A stretch of DNA of 64,000 bases from an uncultured PS1 clade bacterium (GCA_902533755.1 CACANC010000001.1:3668-67667), one strand, 5' to 3'. Shown: positions 12,017 to 23,727, numbered from the stretch's first letter. The notes: a model not told the origin generated them from the letters alone. Numbers and translations: made by a program.

Positions 12017-12940
12017 ATGAAAAGAAAAATTTGGATAGATGGAGAATTTGTTGATTGGGATGATGCGTCAGTTCATATTCTTTCTCATTCCCATCAAAGG
12101 GGCTCATTGATTTTCGGTTTTATTCCTATTTTCGAAAATGAAAATGGAACATTTATTTTTAGGGTTGATAAACATATCGAGAGACTTCTCAAATCATGCC
12201 TTATGGCCGGAATTCCTATTGACTATATGGAGAATGAATTAATTAATGCAGTTTTTGATACGGTTAAAGAAAATCCCGGAAGTAAATTCATTAAAATCAG
12301 TGTTTATATTGCGTCCATAGAAATTGACGTAGTACCCCAGGATCCGTTTACCAAAGTTGCTATTGCTGCTTACGATCCTCAGAAGGATATTATCGAAAAG
12401 AATTCACAGCCATTTCATAGTTCCAAGCATTTAAGTGTGTGGATTGAGAAAGAGCGTCATCAGAGAAGACAAGATATCATTGAGCCGCAGATAAAAATAG
12501 CTGCCAATTATACTTCTCCAATGATGGCCAAGTGGGAAGCAAGAAAAAACGGATATGATGAAATCATCCTTACTGATAGTGAGGGCTATGTAACTGAGGC
12601 ACCAACATCGAATGTATTTATAGTTAATCGGGTTGGAGTCCTCAGGACGGCTCACGAGGACGAAGTTTTGCACGGCATTACCCGAATGAGCATTATCGAG
12701 ATAGCTGAAGACGAGGGCATAGAAATGGACATTGGACGCATCCCCCTTAGAGACCTCGAAGAGGCAAGGGAGGTTTTCATAACGTCATCTAGTCATCTTG
12801 TCTATCCAGTAAACAGTCTAGATGGAAAGCCTGTTGGAAATGGTGAAGCAGGAAAAACAACGATGATTCTGAAAAACCGATTTCTGAGAGTCACTGAAGG
12901 AAAAGACAATAAATTCAATAAATGGCTTTGCCCCGTATAG
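12017..12940 (+). CDS. PLP-dependent class IV aminotransferase (BCAT-like, divergent)
   Basis: IWIDGEFV, catalytic Lys in QIKIAANY, TEAPTSNVF, VLHGITR; start moved to ATG 12017 to avoid overlap with the divergent gene. Confidence 0.85.
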   Translation: MKRKIWIDGEFVDWDDASVHILSHSHQRGSLIFGFIPIFENENGTFIFRVDKHIERLLKSCLMAGIPIDYMENELINAVFDTVKENPGSKFIKISVYIASIEIDVVPQDPFTKVAIAAYDPQKDIIEKNSQPFHSSKHLSVWIEKERHQRRQDIIEPQIKIAANYTSPMMAKWEARKNGYDEIILTDSEGYVTEAPTSNVFIVNRVGVLRTAHEDEVLHGITRMSIIEIAEDEGIEMDIGRIPLRDLEEAREVFITSSSHLVYPVNSLDGKPVGNGEAGKTTMILKNRFLRVTEGKDNKFNKWLCPV

Positions 12941-12962
12941 GTTTATGAAACAATGAATAATT

Positions 12963-14333
12963 TCAAAATTGAGGAACCTTCTCTTTTCTGATCATAGTAT
13001 GAAGCCCTGATATTTTATTTAATCTTCTTGAAATAAGAGTTGCAAATATTGTCAAACCGACAATCATGCTGATCCACATTCCGCTTTCTCCCATGGGTTG
13101 GTTTATACCGTAATAAGTAAGATAGTAGCCAAAAGGTATAGCAAACACCCAATAGGCAATAATGATAAAAACCATTGTCATGAAAGTATCTTTATATCCT
13201 CTCAATGCCCCAAGACTTCCCATGCCAATACCATCGGGAATTTGGAAAATGGCAGCAAAAACAATTAAATGACTTGCAACGGAAAAAACCAGAACATCGG
13301 TTGTATAAAGTGATATAAGTTTGTCACCCATTGTGACTAGGAGTGTCATATTAAATAGGGCGCCAATTAAACATAGGTATACAGAAACCTTGGATGAGTA
13401 TCGTGCATCAATATATCTCTTTTCTCCCAGTAGATTACCGACCCTCGTTGATGCGGCAAGACCTATAGCCAGCGGTAACATAAATACAATGCTTGCAATG
13501 TTGAGTGCAACAGCATGACCCGAGACAACATTTTCTCCAAGCGGTGCTAGAATTATGGCAGCCCCTGAATACATGCTTAATTCAACAAATATTCCAAAAC
13601 CAATGGGGGTCCCAAGCTTGAAAACCTCCATGGAGGTTTTCAAAGATGGCCCATCAAATCTACTGAATAATTTATTTTTCTTATAGGATTTGGAAAATAA
13701 AACAATGCCAAGCATTGCAACAAACATTAGTGTTGAAACTATTGTTGTAGCATATCCACAACCAACACCTCCCATCTCTGGTAATCCGAAATATCCATAT
13801 ACAAATATTATATCCAGCGGGATATTTATTAATGCGCCCATGAAGACAACTATGAAAACTGGAATTGTAAGAGTTAAACCCTCGCTATATGAACTTAACA
13901 GTCTATACAATATATAGAAAAACATACCTATGGAAATTGCTTTGAGATAAGAAATAGATATTGAAGTAATTGTTTCATCAATAGGCAAAAAGATCAGTAA
14001 TTGGCTACCAAAATAGAAAATAATAACTAAAAGAAGGCCAAGTAAAACAGCCAACCAAAAGACTTCTCTTATTTTTTGACCTATTTCTAGATCTTTATTT
14101 GCACCATTAAGTTGCGCTACAATTGGAATGACAGAAAAAATTATCCCCGCCATAAACATGAAAATTGGATAAGTAAAGGAATTGGCTATTACAAGACCTG
14201 CGAGTTGGTCAGCTCCGGCTCTTCCAGCAACTATTGTATCCGTAGCTGACATAATCATAAATGATAATTGTGAACCAAGCATTGGAAAGCCAATACGAAA
14301 GAAATATTTGGATTCATTAAAGAATTTATTCAT
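12963..14333 (-). CDS. MATE family multidrug efflux transporter (NorM-like)
   Basis: About 12 TM segments, DTIVAGR, GLPEMGGVGCGYAT, RVGNLLG, GALRGYKDT. Confidence 0.92.
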   Translation of the reverse strand: MNKFFNESKYFFRIGFPMLGSQLSFMIMSATDTIVAGRAGADQLAGLVIANSFTYPIFMFMAGIIFSVIPIVAQLNGANKDLEIGQKIREVFWLAVLLGLLLVIIFYFGSQLLIFLPIDETITSISISYLKAISIGMFFYILYRLLSSYSEGLTLTIPVFIVVFMGALINIPLDIIFVYGYFGLPEMGGVGCGYATTIVSTLMFVAMLGIVLFSKSYKKNKLFSRFDGPSLKTSMEVFKLGTPIGFGIFVELSMYSGAAIILAPLGENVVSGHAVALNIASIVFMLPLAIGLAASTRVGNLLGEKRYIDARYSSKVSVYLCLIGALFNMTLLVTMGDKLISLYTTDVLVFSVASHLIVFAAIFQIPDGIGMGSLGALRGYKDTFMTMVFIIIAYWVFAIPFGYYLTYYGINQPMGESGMWISMIVGLTIFATLISRRLNKISGLHTMIRKEKVPQF

Positions 14334-15162
14334 CTATGATATTTTTCCTAATAATTCTTGATGCTGTATCGATAATCGCAACCATTATAAGAATTAATAT
14401 TATGATAAATAGAGTTTGATCCCAGTATTGCGCCTTCATTCTCTCAGTTAGCTGTAAACCAATTCCTCCAGCACCAACAACACCAAGAATTACTGCTGAT
14501 CTTGTATTAGACTCAAAGAAATATAAGCTTTGCGAAATAAATATTGGAAAAATTTGCGGAATTAATCCGTAACGAATTACTGAAATCTTGCTGGCACCGG
14601 TTGATTGCATACCTTCAATTTGACGAGCATCAGCATTATCTGTTGCTTCTGAAAATAACTTTCCAAGTGTTCCTACATCAACTGTGAATATAGATAGTAA
14701 CCCAGCAAATGGTCCTAAACCGAATGCTCTTACATAAATAATTGCCCAGATTAATATATCAACTCCTCTAATAAAATCTAAAAAGCGTTTTATAAGAAAA
14801 CGTATTAAACCAAATTTGAAAATTTGACGCGAAGCAACAAAACTAATTGGTATACATACCAAAGTGGCTAAGAATGTACCTAAGAATGCCATACCAAGTG
14901 TTTGAGCTAGGCCAGTGAAGATAGAATTAAAATTCCAATTAAAAAAATCATTCCAGGTAAACATTGCAACTAAAATAGGTTTCATATTTGAAAGACCAGA
15001 AAGTATTTTTCCTAAGGAGAAATCAAAATAATATAAGCAAAATAGAAAATAGAAAATTACTAGTATGTAACCTGTAAAAACTATTGGTGAGCGTTTCCAT
15101 AAAGGGTAAAATGCTTTCGGACAGAGTGATATTATATCTTTTTCAGACACCCATCTCTCCAA
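14326..15162 (-). CDS. phnE: Phosphonate/phosphate ABC transporter permease PhnE (copy 2)
   Basis: FGLGPFAG, GTLGKLFSEA, FESNTRSAVILGVVGAGGIG. Confidence 0.9.
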   Translation of the reverse strand: MERWVSEKDIISLCPKAFYPLWKRSPIVFTGYILVIFYFLFCLYYFDFSLGKILSGLSNMKPILVAMFTWNDFFNWNFNSIFTGLAQTLGMAFLGTFLATLVCIPISFVASRQIFKFGLIRFLIKRFLDFIRGVDILIWAIIYVRAFGLGPFAGLLSIFTVDVGTLGKLFSEATDNADARQIEGMQSTGASKISVIRYGLIPQIFPIFISQSLYFFESNTRSAVILGVVGAGGIGLQLTERMKAQYWDQTLFIIILILIMVAIIDTASRIIRKNIIDE

Positions 15163-16021
15163 TAATTTTTTGCCTAATTCTTCCTGATGAAATATCTATA
15201 GTTATAACGGTTAATATAATCAGAAGAATTATTGCGCTTACTTCTTCGTAATAATTGAAATTAATTACAAGATAAAGCTCTTGGCCGATTCCTCCAGCTC
15301 CAACAAATCCTATAACAGTTGACGCCCTTATGTTGATCTCAAATCTCAAAAGAGCATAAGATATTATATTCGGAAGAACTTTTGGGATTATTCCATAACG
15401 CATTTCAGAAACCCAATTACCTCCATGAGATCGAATAGCTTCGCATGTTTTCAAGTCTGCATTTTCATGAACTTCCGAAAATAACTTTCCTAATGCACCA
15501 GTTGTATGAATAGTTATTGCTATAATACCTGCTAGAGGACCGACACCTAGAGCCCAAACAAAAAGTATAGCAAATATAATTTCAGGAACCCCTCTGAGGA
15601 ATTCTAAGATTCTTTTTACGAGATGGTAGCTATAAATATTTGGAGTTATGTTTTTAGCTGACAAAAAACTTAAGATTAAAGCAAATATAAAACCCATTAA
15701 GGTCGCTAAAACCGCCATATTAAATGTTTCATAGAGAAGGGCGGCGTATTTTTTAAAATTAAAATACCAATATTGAATGGAGCCTTCAGTTTTTGAGTTT
15801 TCGAGAATTAGATTAATATCAAGATTAGGTAGTATTTTAACGATATAATCACTAAGTCTCGGAAAACCATCAATTATTTGAGATAAATTAAAGTCAATTA
15901 TTGAAGAACTCATAAAAAAAGATACAGCAAAAATAAGAATGATAAATATATTCCATAATCTTCTGCTTCTTAATTGCTCAGAATATATAGTTATATGCCT
16001 TTTAAGAAGAGAATCATTCAT
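15143..16021 (-). CDS. phnE: Phosphonate/phosphate ABC transporter permease PhnE (copy 1)
   Basis: RGVPEII, GPLAGI, GALGKLFSEVHE, RFEINIRASTVIGFVGAGGIG. Confidence 0.9.
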   Translation of the reverse strand: MNDSLLKRHITIYSEQLRSRRLWNIFIILIFAVSFFMSSSIIDFNLSQIIDGFPRLSDYIVKILPNLDINLILENSKTEGSIQYWYFNFKKYAALLYETFNMAVLATLMGFIFALILSFLSAKNITPNIYSYHLVKRILEFLRGVPEIIFAILFVWALGVGPLAGIIAITIHTTGALGKLFSEVHENADLKTCEAIRSHGGNWVSEMRYGIIPKVLPNIISYALLRFEINIRASTVIGFVGAGGIGQELYLVINFNYYEEVSAIILLIILTVITIDISSGRIRQKIIGEMGV

Positions 16022-16760
16022 TTTCTAAATCGTATAATTGTTCTGCTAATTCTTTAGTGAGAGAGGATGGATGGCCGTCAAAGACTATTTTTCCATCAGA
16101 TAAACCAATCAAACGATCACAATATTCTTTAGCTATTTCTAGGGAGTGAAGGTTACATATGACCATGATGCCATCTTGTTTATTAATCTTTTTTATGTCA
16201 TCCATAACAACCTTTGAGTTTTTTGGATCCAAAGAAGAAATAGGTTCATCTGCAAGTAAAATTGATGGATTCTGCATCATCGCTCTTGCGATAGCCACTC
16301 TCTGCTGTTGACCCCCAGAGAGCGTTCCAACTCTTTGCAGCGCTTTATCTGAAAGATCTAAATTATTTAAATATGTTAGCGCTTCAATTTTTTCTTTTTT
16401 ACTGTAAATCTTTAATAATTTCAGTAATTTAAAATTAATACCTAATGTTCCACTTAAGACATTTGTTAATACATCTAAGCGATCTATTAGATTGAATTGT
16501 TGAAAAATCATTGCACATTTCGACCGCCATTGTTTTAAGTTTTTACCTTTAAGAGAGGTAATTTCAATTCCATTATAAGCAATAGATCCGCTTGTCGGTT
16601 CGATTAATCGATTAATTAATCTCATGAGTGTAGATTTACCTGCACCTGACTTGCCTATAATACCTACCATTTCCCCATCTAATATTCTTATCGAAATATC
16701 ATTTATAGCTGTAGTTTCAGAAAATTTTTTAACTAGTGAATTAATCTCAAGAGAAGCCAT
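16014..16760 (-). CDS. phnC: Phosphonate ABC transporter ATP-binding protein
   Basis: Walker A GKSGAGKST, MIFQQFNL, LSGGQQQRVAIAR, ADEPISSLDP, NLH. Confidence 0.92.
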   Translation of the reverse strand: MASLEINSLVKKFSETTAINDISIRILDGEMVGIIGKSGAGKSTLMRLINRLIEPTSGSIAYNGIEITSLKGKNLKQWRSKCAMIFQQFNLIDRLDVLTNVLSGTLGINFKLLKLLKIYSKKEKIEALTYLNNLDLSDKALQRVGTLSGGQQQRVAIARAMMQNPSILLADEPISSLDPKNSKVVMDDIKKINKQDGIMVICNLHSLEIAKEYCDRLIGLSDGKIVFDGHPSSLTKELAEQLYDLENE

Positions 16761-16845
16761 AATTATCCTAAAAAATCATTAAATTGTTTGTATTTAAATA
16801 TTTACCAAATAATATCCTATTTAATCTATAGGATTACTCAATTTT

Positions 16846-18336
16846 ATGAAAAGAAATTTATATAATATAATTTTATTAAATTTGATATCTTTTACTCCGA
16901 TAAAGGTTTTTGCAGGGATTGATGAAAGTATTAATAATTTTCTTGAGCCTGTTTCAAAAGTAGTCTCAAGTATAGTTTTTTATAGTTTACCTCTGGGCTC
17001 AACAAATGTTGAGTTGATTGTAATTTGGTTAATTTTAGGAGGACTTTTTTGTACATTTTACTTTAAATTTGTGAATTTTAGCGCTTTTAGGCATTCTATT
17101 GCCCTTGTTAGCGGTAAATACACAAGCAGTGATTCTTCTGGAGAGGTTTCGCATTTTAAGGCCCTTTCAACTGCATTATCTGGCACTGTAGGTTTAGGAA
17201 ATATTGGCGGTGTTGCAGTTGCAATATCTCTTGGAGGTCCTGGAGCAACATTTTGGATGATATTATCTGGTTTACTTGGGATGTCTCTTAAATTTTGTGA
17301 ATGTACGCTTGGAGTTAAATACAGAAACATAAATCCTGATGGGAGTGTATCTGGTGGTGCAATGTATTATCTTACAAAAGGCTTATCGGAAAAAGGGATG
17401 CCAATTTTAGGAAAATTTTTGGCTTACATGTTTGCTATTTTTTGTGTATTTGCCTCATTGGGCGGTGGAAATATGTTTCAGGTAAATCAATCTTTGGATT
17501 TGATTATCTATGTTTCTGGTGGCCAAGGTGGTTTTTTAGACCTTAATTCATGGGTTTATGGGGTAATTTTTGCATTTCTTTTAGGGGTAGTGATAATTGG
17601 AGGCATAAAAAGGATTGCTGCAGTGACATCAAAATTAGTCCCAAGCATGGCAATAATATATATTATTAGTGCGTTAGTTATATTAATTGTAAATATTGAT
17701 CAAATTCCAATTGCGCTTAAATCTATTTTTGTTGGCGCATTCTCTCCAGAAGGGGTTACAGGTGGATTTTTAGGTGTTTTGATATTGGGCTTTAGAAGGG
17801 CGGTATTCTCTAATGAAGCAGGTATAGGATCTGCACCAATTGCTCATTCAGCAGTTAAAACAAGTGAACCTGCGACAGAAGGTATTGTTTCCTTACTTGA
17901 ACCATTTATAGATACCGTTGTGATTTGCACCATCACAGCTCTTGTAATTATAACAACTGGCGTTTTTACTTCAGGCACTGGCATAGAAGGAGCAAGATTA
18001 ACATCTCAAGCGTTTGGATCAGTTCTACCTTGGTTCCCTTATGTATTAGCTATTGTTGCAATTCTTTTTGCGTTTTCAACAGCTATTTCTTGGTCATATT
18101 ATGGTGTAAAAGCAGTAACATTTATTTTTGGTGAAAAAAAATACATTGAACTCTTGTATAAATTAATTTTTTGTTCATTTGCAATAGTTGGAGCATCTTT
18201 GGACCTTACTAAGGTAATAGACCTATCTGACTCATCTTTATTTTTAATGGCTATACCTAATATTATTGGTGTCTATATTTTAGCCAGTATAGTTAAAAAA
18301 GAATTTTCAGATTATAAACAAAAATACATGAATTAA
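16846..18336 (+). CDS. Alanine/glycine:cation symporter (AgcS/AlsT family)
   Basis: ALSGTVGLGNIGGVA, GGPGATFWM, RRAVFSNEAGIGSAPIAH, EPFIDT. Confidence 0.95.
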   Translation: MKRNLYNIILLNLISFTPIKVFAGIDESINNFLEPVSKVVSSIVFYSLPLGSTNVELIVIWLILGGLFCTFYFKFVNFSAFRHSIALVSGKYTSSDSSGEVSHFKALSTALSGTVGLGNIGGVAVAISLGGPGATFWMILSGLLGMSLKFCECTLGVKYRNINPDGSVSGGAMYYLTKGLSEKGMPILGKFLAYMFAIFCVFASLGGGNMFQVNQSLDLIIYVSGGQGGFLDLNSWVYGVIFAFLLGVVIIGGIKRIAAVTSKLVPSMAIIYIISALVILIVNIDQIPIALKSIFVGAFSPEGVTGGFLGVLILGFRRAVFSNEAGIGSAPIAHSAVKTSEPATEGIVSLLEPFIDTVVICTITALVIITTGVFTSGTGIEGARLTSQAFGSVLPWFPYVLAIVAILFAFSTAISWSYYGVKAVTFIFGEKKYIELLYKLIFCSFAIVGASLDLTKVIDLSDSSLFLMAIPNIIGVYILASIVKKEFSDYKQKYMN

Positions 18337-18971
18337 TGTCAAAGCAAAATAATACTCAAGAATTTCCTTCATATATTAATTCATTAAAGGGTTTTATGGA
18401 TCATGATGAAGGTAAATGTCTTAACAAATATGCAATTAAATCATCTGAGTACGGTCCTATTCTTGAAATAGGCTCTTACTGCGGAAAATCAACAATTTAT
18501 ATGGGTCTTGGAGTCAAAGGCAAGAATTGTTGCATTTATTCCATCGATCATCATATGGGATCAGAAGAAAATCAAGTTGGATGGGAATATCATGATTCTG
18601 ATCTTTTTGACGAAGAGACTGGAAAAATAAACTCTTTTCCTGAATTCATGCGTAATCTTCGTAAAGCTGATTTACTGGATACTGTGATACCAATAGTTTC
18701 AGACTCTTCATTGGTATCAAGAAATTGGAAAATACCTCTTTCAATGGTTTTTATAGATGGTGGCCATACAATGGAAACAGCTTTAAATGATTTCAATAAT
18801 TGGAAAGACAAAATTATTAAAGGAGGGATATTAGCAATCCATGATGTTTTTCCAAACCCTGATGATGGCGGTAGACCTCCATACGAAATTTACAAGAAAG
18901 CCTTATCAGAAGGAAATTTTAAAAAAGTTGAAGTTGTTAAATCAATGAGAATATTAGAAAAATTAAATTAG
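18336..18971 (+). CDS. Class I SAM methyltransferase resembling mycobacterial MMP 1-O-methyltransferase MeT1
   Basis: GFMxxDEG, EIGSYCGKST, DHHMGSEENQVGWEYHD, FIDGGHT, IHDVFPNPDDGG; these match the MeT1 motifs as I recall them. Confidence 0.8.
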   Translation: MSKQNNTQEFPSYINSLKGFMDHDEGKCLNKYAIKSSEYGPILEIGSYCGKSTIYMGLGVKGKNCCIYSIDHHMGSEENQVGWEYHDSDLFDEETGKINSFPEFMRNLRKADLLDTVIPIVSDSSLVSRNWKIPLSMVFIDGGHTMETALNDFNNWKDKIIKGGILAIHDVFPNPDDGGRPPYEIYKKALSEGNFKKVEVVKSMRILEKLN

Positions 18972-20015
18972 ATTATCATCTAAAAAAATAGAAGAACCTT
19001 TTGAAAAATTATGAAGTGCATCGTAAGCTAAAATAACTGCAGCTGAGGTCCATCCAGGCTTTTCCATCGGCCAAAAAACTTTTTCAGTAACCTGCCTACC
19101 CATCCAATAAGCGCCATCACTATCAATGTAATCATTAATCCAAGACAATAATTCTTTAGCTTCATCTTTTTTTTGAATTTTAATTAAAGCAATAGCAAGT
19201 TCTGCTGTTTCAGCAATAGTAACCCATGGCTGATCCAAAACGCATAAACATCCTTTTTCATTTAGTACATATTTATTCCATTGAGAATTAATTCTTTCTT
19301 CCGCTTTTTTTCCAGCGATTGCTCCACAAAGAACAGGATAATACCAATCCATAGAGAATCTTTTTTTTGATTCCCATGTCTTATCAAAGCTCTCAGGTTT
19401 ATTTTTGATTGCATTTTCTAATTTTTCTAATGACTGAGTCCAATTAGGTCTTTCTTTATTTAATTGTGAGGCGCAATTAATTGCGCAAATGAGACTTTTG
19501 TATATTGAGCAACAACCAGTCAGAAGTGAATCATCTTTTGGTGCTTCAAGACTCTTTGCTGCCCATCTAATTGATCCATCCTTCATTTGATTTTCTATTA
19601 CAAAATTTATAGCTTTTTCTATCATCCCCCAATTATTAGTTAGGTTATCAACTGAATTGTTTATCAGAAAATCATGCCAGCAGGCTGTTGCAATATATGC
19701 CGCAAAATTTGTGTCTCTGAAAAATACTTTTGATTCTATATCTCTATTGATGAAAGTCCCTTTTTTTTCATCTATATCCAATGTGCTTCCAAGCTCTCCT
19801 AACCAAGAGCCATCATTTAATTGATTTTTTTTTAAATAAGAAAAACCTAAGTCAACTTCTTTTGAATATCCAAGAGCATTTAAAGCCATTACGCATTCAA
19901 GATGATTCCAAGCATCAAACACACCGTCTTCAGTCCAAGGTATGCAACCATCCTCTTTTTGCAATAAGATAATTCTTTTTATTGCCCCTTCTAAGTTTTT
20001 AGTTAATGAATTCAT
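18963..20015 (-). CDS. (alpha/alpha)6-barrel protein (usually annotated prenyltransferase-like) resembling MMP hydrolase MmpH
   Basis: DAWNHLECVMAL, QLNDGSW, DTNFAAYIA, LLTGCCSIY, RFSMDWYYPVL, PWVTIAET, WTSAAV; cluster context. Confidence 0.7.
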   Translation of the reverse strand: MNSLTKNLEGAIKRIILLQKEDGCIPWTEDGVFDAWNHLECVMALNALGYSKEVDLGFSYLKKNQLNDGSWLGELGSTLDIDEKKGTFINRDIESKVFFRDTNFAAYIATACWHDFLINNSVDNLTNNWGMIEKAINFVIENQMKDGSIRWAAKSLEAPKDDSLLTGCCSIYKSLICAINCASQLNKERPNWTQSLEKLENAIKNKPESFDKTWESKKRFSMDWYYPVLCGAIAGKKAEERINSQWNKYVLNEKGCLCVLDQPWVTIAETAELAIALIKIQKKDEAKELLSWINDYIDSDGAYWMGRQVTEKVFWPMEKPGWTSAAVILAYDALHNFSKGSSIFLDDNLI

Positions 20016-20024
20016 TTGTTTTAA

Positions 20025-20738
20025 TTAATTATATTTTTTGAAGTAAAGAACTATAGATTTTCCCATTAATGGATCAAATAACTTTTCTAAGATACGAGTT
20101 AATAAAGGTCTTTTCATAATATCCCATTCAAGAAAGCTTTTATAAAAATTAACAAATGTATTATCTTCTCTCTTTACTCCAACAAAACATTTAAGCCACC
20201 AGTAAGGAGAATGTAATCCGTGTTTATGTTCTTTTCCTATGTAATTAAAACCATTTTCTAAAAATGCATTCTTTAATTCGGAGTATTTAAAAATTCTTAT
20301 ATGACCTCCAGGTTCATTGTGATAATCATCTGATAAAAGCCAACAAATTTTCTCTGGTAACCATCTTGGAACAGAAACGCCTATACTGGCCCCTGGTTTT
20401 GATATTCTATATATTTCATTAATAACATTCTCATAATCATATATATGTTCTAATACTTCCGAACATATTATGTGATCAAAAGTATTATCTTTAAACGGCA
20501 ATTGAAGTGCAGTTCCAGCCATTAAGCTAAATTTTCTATCACTTGATTCATTAATGTCAGGGTATTGTTGAAATCCTTGGTAAGTATGTTTCAATTCTTC
20601 TAATGAGAGATCTAAACCTATTACATGACATTTGCTATAATAATAAAGTTTATGTATGTGACGGCCTTTTCCGCAACCAAGGTCTAATATTTTTGAGCCA
20701 TCAACAATATTTAATTTATGAAGATCAATTGTTAGCAT
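20025..20738 (-). CDS. Class I SAM methyltransferase, putative MMP 3-O-methyltransferase homolog
   Basis: LDLGCGKGRH, ICSEVLEH, VPRWLPEKICWLLSDDYH, GGHIRIF, LHSPYWWLKC; overlaps the glycosyltransferase gene. Confidence 0.75.
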   Translation of the reverse strand: MLTIDLHKLNIVDGSKILDLGCGKGRHIHKLYYYSKCHVIGLDLSLEELKHTYQGFQQYPDINESSDRKFSLMAGTALQLPFKDNTFDHIICSEVLEHIYDYENVINEIYRISKPGASIGVSVPRWLPEKICWLLSDDYHNEPGGHIRIFKYSELKNAFLENGFNYIGKEHKHGLHSPYWWLKCFVGVKREDNTFVNFYKSFLEWDIMKRPLLTRILEKLFDPLMGKSIVLYFKKYN

Positions 20739-21990
20739 TAATTATAGCCTCTTTATAAACATCAACAAGCTCTCTTGCGGCTCTTTCCCATGTGAATTTA
20801 TCTAAAACTCTTTCTCTACCCATTTTTCCATATACTAATCTCTTTTCTTCATCATCAAGTAATTCTTTGATACCCTGATATAGAGAAAGGGGGTCCGAAT
20901 GATTTACAATTATTCCTGCATCGCCAACAACCTCAGGTAAAGACCCTCCATTAGTTGAAACTAAAGGTATTCCACAAGACATGGCTTCTCCTGCGGGAAA
21001 GCCAAAACCTTCATAAACGGAAGGTGAAACAGCTATTGTTGACTCTGCATAAAGTTGAGCAATTTCTTCACTTGTTAAATCGCTTACAAACTTTACTTTT
21101 TCTCTAATTCCTTTTTTGTCTAGCTCTTTTGATGTTGGGCCTTCTCTTAATTTTCCTATAACAACAAGTTGAAGTTCAGGAAAATCTTTTAATAGTAAAT
21201 CGTACGCACGAATTAAATATATTAATCCTTTCAAAGGAACATCAGCGCTTGCAGTGGTAATTAATTGATTGGGTTTCCTTTTGATTTTTTCGATAGGACA
21301 GAATGTAAGATGGTCAATTCCATGAAGAACCTTCCTTGTTTTGTTAATGTCAATTTTAAAATCTCTTGCTAGATCTTTTCTTGTATTTTCTGAAACTACA
21401 ATAATCGGGTCTAATTTTCTTGCGACCTTCATTTGCATATTTAAAAAGCTATACCATCTCCACTTTAGAATTTTTAATGATATTGTTTCAGCATGTTTTA
21501 TATCTATCTTTTTATCCATTGTAATAGGGTGATGAATCGTACCAACAACCGGTACACCCATTTTTTTTAGTTTTAAAAGACCATAAGCTAATGTTTGATT
21601 GTCATGGACAACATCAAAATTAGAGTAATTTAATTTTGCCCATTCTGCCATTCTTTCTCCAAATGTATATGGTTCAGAAAAACCACCAGTTAAGTGGCTA
21701 ACCCATTCGTGAAGGTCAATTTTATTTTTAAATAATCTTAAATTAAATGCTTTTATTGGATTGTCATAGGAATAGAGATCAAGTGAAGGAAGTTTAGTAA
21801 GTTTTACACCTTCATCCAAGATTGGGTAAGGTTGACCAGATACAACTTCTACTTTATGGCCAAGATCTCTCATTGCTTTTGTAACAAGCCTCATATAGAT
21901 ACCTTGTCCTCCAGTATAGGGGTGGCTTCTATAGCTGGGCATAAGTATGCTTAAAGGTCTATCATTCAGCCTATTTATCTTTTCATTCAT
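20725..21990 (-). CDS. GT4 glycosyltransferase resembling mycobacterial MMP alpha-(1->4)-mannosyltransferase ManT
   Basis: SYRSxxxxGGQGIY, SGQPYP, PSLDLY, FDVVHDNQ, TIHHPIT, EX7E motif (EGFGFPAGE). Confidence 0.8.
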   Translation of the reverse strand: MNEKINRLNDRPLSILMPSYRSHPYTGGQGIYMRLVTKAMRDLGHKVEVVSGQPYPILDEGVKLTKLPSLDLYSYDNPIKAFNLRLFKNKIDLHEWVSHLTGGFSEPYTFGERMAEWAKLNYSNFDVVHDNQTLAYGLLKLKKMGVPVVGTIHHPITMDKKIDIKHAETISLKILKWRWYSFLNMQMKVARKLDPIIVVSENTRKDLARDFKIDINKTRKVLHGIDHLTFCPIEKIKRKPNQLITTASADVPLKGLIYLIRAYDLLLKDFPELQLVVIGKLREGPTSKELDKKGIREKVKFVSDLTSEEIAQLYAESTIAVSPSVYEGFGFPAGEAMSCGIPLVSTNGGSLPEVVGDAGIIVNHSDPLSLYQGIKELLDDEEKRLVYGKMGRERVLDKFTWERAARELVDVYKEAIINANN

Positions 21991-22119
21991 ATTTTATTTC
22001 TTTTATTCTTAAAATTCAGCAGTTCGAGGTTTTTAATTATTAAAATAATCCTTGTAAATAGATAGGTTTTTTCGCTAAAAGGCATAATAAAGAATCAATT
22101 TGTAGAGGTAAAATTATTA

Positions 22120-23724
<1,605 letters not shown>

Positions 23725-23727
23725 AAC

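Noticed and set aside
16814..16834. Palindrome ATCCTAT-N7-ATAGGAT between phnC and the alanine symporter
   Set aside because: Short, AT-rich and single-copy; could be an operator but is also expected by chance
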